Shown here piece after piece: positions 34,846 to 43,871 of a stretch of 64,000 bases of DNA; position 1 is the stretch's first letter; each line of letters opens with the position of its first letter. Source of the DNA: a phage; the sequence record PQ724394.1; one strand, 5' to 3'. The notes beneath the pieces were generated by a model. The model did no database searches. It was not told the origin of the DNA and was given only the letters and a program-made list of their open reading frames with translations. A program made the position numbers and the translations under genes.

Positions 34846-37800
34846 ATGTCTGTACAAGCGCCTTATGTTACTAGTCTGAGAATTGATAAGCTCTCGGCTA
34901 ACCATGTGAGCATTCTTTGGGATGACGTAGGCGCCAACTTCTATTATTTCGTAGAACTGGCCCAAACGAAGGATGCGGGTGTAGAAATTCCCGACGATAG
35001 ATTATTTTGGAGAAATTTAGGTTACACCCCTAATAACGAATGGTTTGAAGAGGCATTCATTTCTCCTAATTCATTTTATAAAATGCGAGTTGCGGTAGCT
35101 GCTCAGGGGTTTGAGCAGTCTGAGTGGGTTTACACTGAAGAATTTGAAACTTTCTCTACCAACGCATATACATTTGAGCATATGCGTGAATTCACATTGT
35201 CTAATAAATTTATTGAAGAAAAATTCACAAAAAATAATCAGAATTATGTGAACTTTAATACTGACGCCATTATGGCTTCCTTAATGACGGAAGATTTTAA
35301 CTTTACGCCGGCGTATTCGCATTTGTCATCTATATCAAATTATGTTTTAAAAGCCGACCGATTCCATGAAATCCAAGGAAGCATTCAAGCAGTTTGTAAA
35401 GACCCTAAACGTTCTATTTTAATGGAACTTGGTGGAGTTCTGTATCTTTTAGAAAGATTCCAAAGCACTGCTAAAGTTTCTAATGATAAAGGACAAAACT
35501 GGCACTATATTAGATTGTTTAACGATAGAGTGGGTAATCCGGTATCTAGAACGGCCCATTACCAAACAGAAACTACTACATACGTACTAGGTTATGACCA
35601 AATATTTTACGGGCGTAAATCAAGTGATATTAGATGGTCTGCTGATGACGTTCGCTTTAGTTCTCAGGATGTAACATTTGCTAAAATCGGTAGTGATATC
35701 GACCTTCCGTTTGAAATAGAAATATTTGGGTCATATGCAAAACTCCCATTGCCTATTTCCACTATCGCCGAAGCTATGTGTGCTTCCGACGATTTCATTT
35801 ATGTTGCGGGTAGAGACAGAGTTTATAAAGCAAAAACATCTGAGGCCCCTATAGACACTGACCCTAGCTCACCAACTTATGGCGAGAAGATATTTGAAAG
35901 CGGATATTCAACTATCACAGGGAACCCTAAAGCTGTTTGTTATAAATTAGATTCTATCCAAGGGCATACGTTTGCTTTAATTACAGGCGAAGTTAAAGAA
36001 GAAAAAATGGACCCTACAGTAGAGGCTAACGTAATTGATTCTGAATCTAAAGGTGTCTATTGGTTGGATGTAGAAACAGATACTTGGACTCGTGTATTCG
36101 GAAATACTGAAGAAGAACGTCGTCGTATAGAGCATGGATATACTAGCATGTCTACAGATGGCGAAGAGTTATTTTTCAGTTCAAGCAACTTTAGATATGA
36201 AGTGGAGGTTGATTCTGAACTTCCTTGGAAATATCCTGAAATTGTTACTTCGGCTGTTAAATACGTTAAAGACGAACAGTGGATTCATAATAAGCATTAT
36301 TTGATGATGAGCTTTAGGTCTAACTCTAAATCAGATTTTAAAGAATTTAAACCAGGTCGTATGGCTTATTATGCTGAACCATTCTTCAGTTGGTCACGTC
36401 GTGATGGAACCCGTTCTTGGATTACTACAGGTGACCATGCGATGGTTGTTTATAACGATGCTTTGTATCAGAAAGTAATCGACCTTAATAGTGGTTCATC
36501 GCCAGAACGTATTGTTCATGAGATTTGGAATAAAGGATTTTGCAAAGTTACATCCCCTAATATCGAATTTAATGGCTTTAAAAAATATTCCTCTGGTATG
36601 ATGATTCACAAATCTACAGGTGAATTAGTTGGTTATTTTGAATTCGACTATCGTGTGCGTGATGAAGTCCGTGTTATTTGGAAGCCTAAAGAAATTATGT
36701 TTACGGCAGAGCTCCAAAACCAAGAGCATGAAATTCCATGGGCCCCTAAAGAAGAGACCGGCGAACAAGACCCCGATTTGAAACCATTATTAGTCAAAAT
36801 GGTTCCCGATAGTTATTTACTCCAAGATTCCAATTTTGAAAAATTCTGCGAATATTATCTACAGTTTATTAGTGATGGTTCCGGCACTCATTATAATAAT
36901 TTGTTAAACCTTATTCGTAATCAGTATCCTCGTGAAGAAGACTCATGGGAATACCTATGGTCTGAAATTTATAAACGTAATATCTATTTGTCAAAAGAAA
37001 AACGCGACGAAGTTGTTAGATTTTTCCAAGCTCGTCAGTCTGATTTTTGGTCAACTAAAGGTACTGAAGCTTCATATAAATTCCTGTTTAAATTGCTTTA
37101 TAATGAAGATGTCGAAATTGATATCGAGTCCAAGAACTCTATCGAATATGATATCATCGTAGAATCCGACAATATCAGTGAAGATATCGTAGGCCAAACG
37201 ATTTATACTCCTACAGGAAGAAGTAATGTTACTTATATAGAACGAAATTACAAAGACGGTAAATTGCAATGGCGTTTAACCATTCACAATCTTTTAGGTC
37301 GTTTTATAGTCGGTCAGGAAATCAAATCTGAACGTACTTCATTTAAGGGTATGATTGTTCAAGGTGTTCGCGGCAAAGAGCTTTTGAGTAACAATATAGA
37401 TTATATCAACCGTAACCGTTCTTACTATGTGATGACTATTAAGTCTAATCTCCCGACCTCTCGTTATCGCAACGACGTTTTGAGATTTGTTCACCCGGTA
37501 GGTTTCGGCTTTATAGGTATAACTTTGCTTTCTATGTTTGTTAACGTTGGTTTAACACTAAAACATACAGAAACCATTATTAATATCCTTAAGAACTATA
37601 AATGGGACTCAGGTTTGCCATCTGAATGGTATGATAGAGTTGCTGTAATAGGTTTTGATGGTAATATAGAACGAGACCCTCGTACAGGTGCTCCGATGTA
37701 CAACGTTGGACCTAAAGCGGGTGAACCATTTGATATTCCTGCTGATTATGATGCAGAAAATGATTTCTCTGTATTCCAAGGTCAATTACCACACGAACGT

Positions 37801-37941
37801 ATTAAAAAGCATAGTCCATTGTTTGACCAAAGTGCTGTGACTTTTGCCAATTGGCGTGCACTGGTTGATAAGCGTCTTAAAGACGATATTGGAAATCCTA
37901 GAGACCCTAAAGTTCCAACTCAGGTAAAAATTAATGATTAA
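34846..37941 (+). CDS. 7: gp7 baseplate wedge initiator
   Basis: 1031 aa (T4 gp7 about 1032 aa); synteny. Confidence 0.9.
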   Translation: MSVQAPYVTSLRIDKLSANHVSILWDDVGANFYYFVELAQTKDAGVEIPDDRLFWRNLGYTPNNEWFEEAFISPNSFYKMRVAVAAQGFEQSEWVYTEEFETFSTNAYTFEHMREFTLSNKFIEEKFTKNNQNYVNFNTDAIMASLMTEDFNFTPAYSHLSSISNYVLKADRFHEIQGSIQAVCKDPKRSILMELGGVLYLLERFQSTAKVSNDKGQNWHYIRLFNDRVGNPVSRTAHYQTETTTYVLGYDQIFYGRKSSDIRWSADDVRFSSQDVTFAKIGSDIDLPFEIEIFGSYAKLPLPISTIAEAMCASDDFIYVAGRDRVYKAKTSEAPIDTDPSSPTYGEKIFESGYSTITGNPKAVCYKLDSIQGHTFALITGEVKEEKMDPTVEANVIDSESKGVYWLDVETDTWTRVFGNTEEERRRIEHGYTSMSTDGEELFFSSSNFRYEVEVDSELPWKYPEIVTSAVKYVKDEQWIHNKHYLMMSFRSNSKSDFKEFKPGRMAYYAEPFFSWSRRDGTRSWITTGDHAMVVYNDALYQKVIDLNSGSSPERIVHEIWNKGFCKVTSPNIEFNGFKKYSSGMMIHKSTGELVGYFEFDYRVRDEVRVIWKPKEIMFTAELQNQEHEIPWAPKEETGEQDPDLKPLLVKMVPDSYLLQDSNFEKFCEYYLQFISDGSGTHYNNLLNLIRNQYPREEDSWEYLWSEIYKRNIYLSKEKRDEVVRFFQARQSDFWSTKGTEASYKFLFKLLYNEDVEIDIESKNSIEYDIIVESDNISEDIVGQTIYTPTGRSNVTYIERNYKDGKLQWRLTIHNLLGRFIVGQEIKSERTSFKGMIVQGVRGKELLSNNIDYINRNRSYYVMTIKSNLPTSRYRNDVLRFVHPVGFGFIGITLLSMFVNVGLTLKHTETIINILKNYKWDSGLPSEWYDRVAVIGFDGNIERDPRTGAPMYNVGPKAGEPFDIPADYDAENDFSVFQGQLPHERIKKHSPLFDQSAVTFANWRALVDKRLKDDIGNPRDPKVPTQVKIND

Positions 37942-38938
37942 TTCTACAGTAGTTTATCGTTCTATTGTTACTTCAAAATTTAGAACGGAAAAAATGTACA
38001 ACTTTTACAGAACAATAGGTGACGGTGAAGACCAGAACACTATGTATGTATCTTTCGGAAGGGCCCGACCGTGGGCCGATAACGAAAATGACCCTGGTTT
38101 TGCACCACCCTATCCTGTAGATGATTCTGAAGGCGTAGAAGACGTCTGGACCAACATGATGGGTTGTGTTAAGGTTTATAAGAGTATGCTGGATTGTGTT
38201 GTCCCACGCAAAGACTGGGGTGACACAACTTATCCTAACCCATTTACTTTCCAGATAGGTGAAATTGTAGTAGCGAATAGCCAACCACAAAACCGTACTG
38301 ATGTAGGTGCTGGGTGGATGGTTTATCGTTGTGTAGATATTCCTGAATCAGGTACATGTTCTATTTTGTCCCTTGATAATAAAACCGAGTGTATTAAACT
38401 TGGTGGCAAATGGACTTCAAATGTGCAATCGGTTAAAGCCCCGGCAGGACAAGGTGATACGGAAGGTATGGTGGATACTGGTGATGGATATCTCTGGGAA
38501 TATTTGTATGAGATTCCACCTGATGTAAGTATTAACCGATGTACTAATGAATATATTGTAGTTCCATGGCCAGAAGAAATTGCTGAGGACCCTGAACGTT
38601 GGGGATACGAGAATAACCTCACTTGGCAACAAGACGATTATGGATTAATTTACCGTATTAAAGCCAATACTATTCGCTTTAAAGCATTCTTAGATTCGGT
38701 TTATTTCCCTGAATTTAGTTTGCCCGGCAATAAAGGTTTTAGACAGCTTTCGATAATTTCTAACCCGTTAGAAGCTAAAGCCCACCCATCCGATCCGATC
38801 ATTAAAGCCGAAAAAGAGTACTATGATGTTATAGACCTCTCCCGCCACTCCGGTGAAATGATTTATATGGAAAACCGTCCTCCGGTTATTCGTTCCATGG
38901 ACCAAACAGAAGAAATTAACATTGTCTTCGAATTCTAA
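37934..38938 (+). CDS. 8: gp8 baseplate wedge subunit
   Basis: 334 aa matches T4 gp8 size; synteny. Confidence 0.9.
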   Translation: MINSTVVYRSIVTSKFRTEKMYNFYRTIGDGEDQNTMYVSFGRARPWADNENDPGFAPPYPVDDSEGVEDVWTNMMGCVKVYKSMLDCVVPRKDWGDTTYPNPFTFQIGEIVVANSQPQNRTDVGAGWMVYRCVDIPESGTCSILSLDNKTECIKLGGKWTSNVQSVKAPAGQGDTEGMVDTGDGYLWEYLYEIPPDVSINRCTNEYIVVPWPEEIAEDPERWGYENNLTWQQDDYGLIYRIKANTIRFKAFLDSVYFPEFSLPGNKGFRQLSIISNPLEAKAHPSDPIIKAEKEYYDVIDLSRHSGEMIYMENRPPVIRSMDQTEEINIVFEF

Positions 38939-38941
38939 TAA

Positions 38942-38965
38942 GGGCCGCAAGGCCCTTTCGGGTTT
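38942..38965 (+). terminator. hairpin terminator after gp8
   Basis: GGGCCGCAAGGCCC followed by TTTCGGGTTT. Confidence 0.5.
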
Positions 38966-38999
38966 AATAAATACAGTATATCAATAATGAGGCATACCT

Positions 39000-39860
39000 A
39001 TGATTAAGCAAACTGGTAAAGAACTAATTGACGTCGGTGAAATTGGTAATGCCAGCACCGGCGACATTCTTTATGACGGCGGTGTTAAACTGAACACTGA
39101 CTTAAACAACATCTATAATACTTTCGGCGACCAACGTAAAACTGCTTTAACCGGTGAATTGACCGGCCAGAAATTACACGCTACAGGTTATTATCAAAAA
39201 TTTGGTGATATGGACCAAGCAAGCTCGGTTGATTTAGGCTCTTTGGTGGATATCGATGCTTCTAGCGGTTCTATCGTATTAACCACTGTAAAGGGTGCAG
39301 TTGGTGAAGGAATTGAGATTATCAACTCTAACGGAAGTATTTCATCTACCAACTATCTTGAAATCCGTATATTAGATACTTTTGCAAGTCATCCTACTTC
39401 AACCCTACGTATTGTAACACCTTATACCCGAGTTCTTTTATGGTGTGTATCGGATACAAACGGTGTTGCGGTATGGGATTATTCAATTGAAAGCATGTTT
39501 GGTGATAAACGAGTTCCATTAAATAAGACATATAATATATCTTCTGTCGCTCGTGATATTCCGGTGGTTTATTCAGGTCAGTATTCATTGGTCAAACTTT
39601 TAGTTACTGCAGTGAATGCCAACGAAACCATTTACAAAGCTTCAGAATATCTTGTGTTTATCGATAACCAAGCTAAAAAGATTTATTCCACTGAATACGC
39701 AGTTATTAAACGTGGACAAACTTCAGATGATGACGAAATTTATTCTCTAGATTTTAAATTCGATACATCAAACTATATTATCGCGACCGCTTCTTCTGTC
39801 AATCCTATGAGGCTTGCAATTAAGGTCGTAGAAACCCAAACTATTGGAGTTCCAGTATAA
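39000..39860 (+). CDS. 9: gp9 baseplate wedge tail-fibre connector
   Basis: 286 aa (T4 gp9 288 aa); synteny. Confidence 0.9.
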   Translation: MIKQTGKELIDVGEIGNASTGDILYDGGVKLNTDLNNIYNTFGDQRKTALTGELTGQKLHATGYYQKFGDMDQASSVDLGSLVDIDASSGSIVLTTVKGAVGEGIEIINSNGSISSTNYLEIRILDTFASHPTSTLRIVTPYTRVLLWCVSDTNGVAVWDYSIESMFGDKRVPLNKTYNISSVARDIPVVYSGQYSLVKLLVTAVNANETIYKASEYLVFIDNQAKKIYSTEYAVIKRGQTSDDDEIYSLDFKFDTSNYIIATASSVNPMRLAIKVVETQTIGVPV

Positions 39861-41671
39861 TGAAACAAGACTTAAAAGTAGGTTCCGCTGTTGATGACGG
39901 GTCCGGTGATTACCTGCGCGCAGGTGGTCTTAAAATTAATAACAACTTCAATGAGCTTTATTACCAATTAGGCGACGGCAATAACCCACATGCCGCAGGC
40001 GCTTGGAAACAACATTCTACTGAAGACGGTGCTTTGTTGAATGCCGTAATGGGTCATAGCTACACCCTTAATACCCAGGGTGGGCGTATTAACGTCCAGC
40101 TTCCTAAAGGCTCTCCTGAAGAATATAACTTTGTTATCCGTGTACGTGACGTGTATTCTTCATGGCAAGCTAACCCAGTAACCTTAATCCCTGCCACAGG
40201 TGATACCATTAAAGGTTCAGCTACTCCAGTTGAAATTGCTCGCAACTTCTCTGACCTTGAATTAGTTTATTGTGCACCTGGTCGTTGGGAATATGTTGAA
40301 AATAAGCAAGTAAACCGTATTCCAAATAACGACCTTGCTACCGTAGCAACTAAGCAGTTTATTGCTACTGAAGGTCAAACAGATTTTCTAGATGTTTTCC
40401 CTGGCCTTTCTTATAACGTAGCAAGTTTAAGCGTTTCACAACGTGGTAACAATTTGTTCTATGGTGTTGATGATATTTTTGATGCAGCTACCGCAGAGTT
40501 TGGTTCTCCAGGTGCTCAACCGGGTGAATTGGTTGCCTTGAATGGTAAGGACATCCGTTTAAAATATCCATGCGAAGCAGGTGATACTGTTATTATCAAA
40601 TCGTATAATGACGGACTTGCCCAATGGCGCAGTTCTTATAACCGCCGTGATATAACAATCAAAAGTTCAGAATTGACTAAAGACGTTTCTGTTCCTGGTT
40701 CTTCTTTCGTGGGCGATTTGAGTACTTCACATGTTATATCAGCAGCTGATTTGAATATTTCCGTTAACAGTCCTATCAACCCAAATGCTTGCCAAGTCAT
40801 GCTTAATAGCACATTACTTCATCAAGCTGGTACTGCTGGTCTTCCTTCGTTTTATTGTGAAGGTGCCGACGGACGTACTGCTACCGAGTGTTTTAATGCA
40901 GGTGGACAATGGACCCAATCTAAATCAGATTATATTTTTAATTTGACCGCTGAAGATAAGATTGAATCCATCGAATTTGGACGTGACTTTGAACATGGTG
41001 ATATTCTTACGGTAATTTGGTACAATAACGATATCGGTACCACCATGGAAATTGATGAGATTTTGGATTATACCAACAACATCTATATTTCTAAAGGCCC
41101 TTCTATTGATATATCAGGCCAGGTTCGTATAACTGATGTAGATAATCCTTTTGCACCTAACGTTGAACCTGTCGCCCCATCTAATATTACAATAGATACG
41201 GCATCGACATTTTTTGATTTAATTTACCCTGTAGGAACCATCTATGAGAACACGGTGAACCCTAATAACCCTAAAACTTATATGGGCTTTGGTTCATGGA
41301 AGCGTTTATCTGATGTGTTCTTGGTAGGTTGGTCTCCTGACGCTAGTTCTTTGTTTAATGCAAATAATAACGACCTGGATTCAGCGGGTGTTCCACAATC
41401 AACTGCAGGTGGGACTGGTGGTGCTCATGTGGCTAATTTGAAATATGAGAATATCCCAGAACTTAATACAGATGATAAAGTCCTTATTGCTGATAATGAT
41501 GGCCCTATTTTTGTAGGTGGATGTTTAGTTGACCCTGATTCACAAGGACCGGCTTATACAAAATATCGTGAAGATAAAGCCAGTATTAATAAGGCTCAAG
41601 GGACCACTCCTATCCCGGTTAATACTCTACCACCATACTTAACTGTTCATCGCTGGATGAGGATTGCATAA
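39860..41671 (+). CDS. 10: gp10 baseplate wedge subunit and tail pin
   Basis: 603 aa; synteny; start overlaps gp9 stop. Confidence 0.9.
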   Translation: MKQDLKVGSAVDDGSGDYLRAGGLKINNNFNELYYQLGDGNNPHAAGAWKQHSTEDGALLNAVMGHSYTLNTQGGRINVQLPKGSPEEYNFVIRVRDVYSSWQANPVTLIPATGDTIKGSATPVEIARNFSDLELVYCAPGRWEYVENKQVNRIPNNDLATVATKQFIATEGQTDFLDVFPGLSYNVASLSVSQRGNNLFYGVDDIFDAATAEFGSPGAQPGELVALNGKDIRLKYPCEAGDTVIIKSYNDGLAQWRSSYNRRDITIKSSELTKDVSVPGSSFVGDLSTSHVISAADLNISVNSPINPNACQVMLNSTLLHQAGTAGLPSFYCEGADGRTATECFNAGGQWTQSKSDYIFNLTAEDKIESIEFGRDFEHGDILTVIWYNNDIGTTMEIDEILDYTNNIYISKGPSIDISGQVRITDVDNPFAPNVEPVAPSNITIDTASTFFDLIYPVGTIYENTVNPNNPKTYMGFGSWKRLSDVFLVGWSPDASSLFNANNNDLDSAGVPQSTAGGTGGAHVANLKYENIPELNTDDKVLIADNDGPIFVGGCLVDPDSQGPAYTKYREDKASINKAQGTTPIPVNTLPPYLTVHRWMRIA

Positions 41672-42336
41672 TGACTTTAACTGAAATGAAAAGCGGGTTA
41701 AAATCCCGCTTAGCTGACTATTTGGAATTATCTTACACCAGTGACAAGCCTACTGCTGTTGCTGACCAACGACCTATCGGTGGCCCTTCTGCAAACCAAA
41801 CCCAGAAGGGTGTTTATTTTCCTACAGTCCAAAGTGCAATAGATGATATTGCATTTAGAACAGAGCTTCCTGTGAACTCTGTTATTATTACCACAGAAAA
41901 CAGAGCACCCGGATTTATCCAACAATCTGATAAAATTACATTTACCGGTTCTATTTCTTCAGGCGGCGAACTTGGCGACCCGGTTATTATTAAAGTGTTT
42001 GGACTTCCTGTAGAAGTCTTAGTTGGTGATTCATCTGTATTGGTTGCATCTAAAGTAAATGAGGTATTTTTAGACGCCATTGCTAATAGCTATATTTTAG
42101 CCGAAACATCTATTGACGCCTTAGACCAATCTACCTTGAATATTAAATACAATGACTATCAGAATCATATTTTTTCACCATATAAACAATCGGGTTGTAC
42201 AATTTCCCATACTATAGTCCAGCAGCCAAGGGCCGGATATGGTAAGTGGGAATACTTAGGTAACTCTACCCAATCGTTAGCAGGTGGTACAGTTAACGGC
42301 ACGATTCCTTTATATTACTATAAGAGATTATATTAA
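41671..42336 (+). CDS. 11: gp11 baseplate wedge subunit and tail pin
   Basis: 221 aa; synteny. Confidence 0.9.
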   Translation: MTLTEMKSGLKSRLADYLELSYTSDKPTAVADQRPIGGPSANQTQKGVYFPTVQSAIDDIAFRTELPVNSVIITTENRAPGFIQQSDKITFTGSISSGGELGDPVIIKVFGLPVEVLVGDSSVLVASKVNEVFLDAIANSYILAETSIDALDQSTLNIKYNDYQNHIFSPYKQSGCTISHTIVQQPRAGYGKWEYLGNSTQSLAGGTVNGTIPLYYYKRLY

Positions 42337-43862
42337 TGTCAACAAACACACTAAAACACATTAGTGATAAATCGGAATTCAAATCATTCGACCCTACTGG
42401 GTCGAATTTCCCGCCTGATATTACTAATGTTCAAGAAGCATTGGCGGCTATTTCATTAATCGGTGTCACAGGTAATGTTCCTTCAGCCACAGAAACATCC
42501 CAAGGTATTATTCGTCTTGCCACAACACAAGAAGTAATGGATGGGTTGGATGCCTATAGTGCAGTGACTCCGGCAACTTTAAAAGCACGTTTAGATATTC
42601 CTACTCAGGCAACAGAAACTTATGTAGGTATTACCCGTTATGCTACTAACGCTGAAGCTATAGCAGGCACAGAGCCCCAGGCTGCAATCGTAGCAACCTC
42701 TTTGAAAGCGGTAATGGATTATACATTTGAGAACCGTTTATCAACAGAGAACACTACAGGCGTTATCAAGATTTCAACTACGCCTGCTGCATTAGCTGGT
42801 ACCGATGATACCACAGCAATGACCCCACTTAAAGTATCTCAAGCAATTGGTGCGGCCACAGCAGCGTTACCGGTTTATTCTACGGCAACGACCACAAATG
42901 AAGGTTTGGTTCGTTTAGCTACTAATGCTGAAGTTGGCAATGGAAGTCTTTCGGTAGGTATTGCTATTTCTCCAGCCGGATTAGCCACATTAACTTCCAC
43001 CGAAGCCAGAAGTGGTATTATTAAACTCGCAGGTTGGGATATGGTATCTAATGGTACTGACCATACTGCTGCTGTTACTCCGGCATCTTTGCTAGCTCGT
43101 ACAGGTAATACAGGACGAATTGGCTTGGTGCGTTTAACTACTACAGTAGGACAAGGCGATGGTAATACGGCCCTGGCTTATAATGCTAACGTTATTTCTA
43201 CTTCAGGTGGTGAAATATGGGGTACTTTAAACGTTAATGGCGCATTACGTCGTAATGGTGTTGATGTTGTTACCCACGACCAATTATCAGATAGCGTTCC
43301 GGTAGGTACTATTTGTATGTGGGGTGGACATGAAGGTAATATCCCAGGCAAATGGCGAGCTTGTGTAGGTGGGACTTATACTGGTGGTGCATATTTAAAT
43401 GCTGTTGGCGGACGTTGGGGATGGTGGGGTGCTATTCCGGATTTCCGTGGATTATATCCTCGCGGTGCCAACATGGTTGGTGGATATTCTGAAGGTGAAG
43501 TTAACCCGCATATTGCCGGTAACCGAGGAGAAGACGGTAAAGGTAAAGCCCGTTTAGGTAACGGTGTAGGTTCGTTCCCACAATCTTCTGTTCAAGCCCA
43601 AGCATTACGTTATCATAAACACGCCGGTGGTTTTGGTGAACATGATAACTATGGTGCTTTTGGTAACACCGCTAACTCTGGGTATGTTGGTACTCGTAAA
43701 GGCCTTGACTGGGATAACCGTAGTTATTATACTAACGAAGGGTTTGAGACCACCGAACCTTGGAACCGTGATGGCCATACCACACTGAATAGTGAAGGAC
43801 TTATTGCAAATGAAACACGTCCTTGGACAATGTCCGTTCTTTTTATTATTAAAGTAGAATAA
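42336..43862 (+). CDS. 12: gp12 short tail fibre
   Basis: 508 aa; repetitive TPA/L... beta-structure repeats; synteny. Confidence 0.9.
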   Translation: MSTNTLKHISDKSEFKSFDPTGSNFPPDITNVQEALAAISLIGVTGNVPSATETSQGIIRLATTQEVMDGLDAYSAVTPATLKARLDIPTQATETYVGITRYATNAEAIAGTEPQAAIVATSLKAVMDYTFENRLSTENTTGVIKISTTPAALAGTDDTTAMTPLKVSQAIGAATAALPVYSTATTTNEGLVRLATNAEVGNGSLSVGIAISPAGLATLTSTEARSGIIKLAGWDMVSNGTDHTAAVTPASLLARTGNTGRIGLVRLTTTVGQGDGNTALAYNANVISTSGGEIWGTLNVNGALRRNGVDVVTHDQLSDSVPVGTICMWGGHEGNIPGKWRACVGGTYTGGAYLNAVGGRWGWWGAIPDFRGLYPRGANMVGGYSEGEVNPHIAGNRGEDGKGKARLGNGVGSFPQSSVQAQALRYHKHAGGFGEHDNYGAFGNTANSGYVGTRKGLDWDNRSYYTNEGFETTEPWNRDGHTTLNSEGLIANETRPWTMSVLFIIKVE

Positions 43863-43871
43863 GGGTAAAAA

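Noticed and set aside
38966-38999. Possible late promoter upstream of gene 9 (TAATAAATA)
   Set aside because: Deviates from the TATAAATA consensus at the first T-A step; left uncalled.
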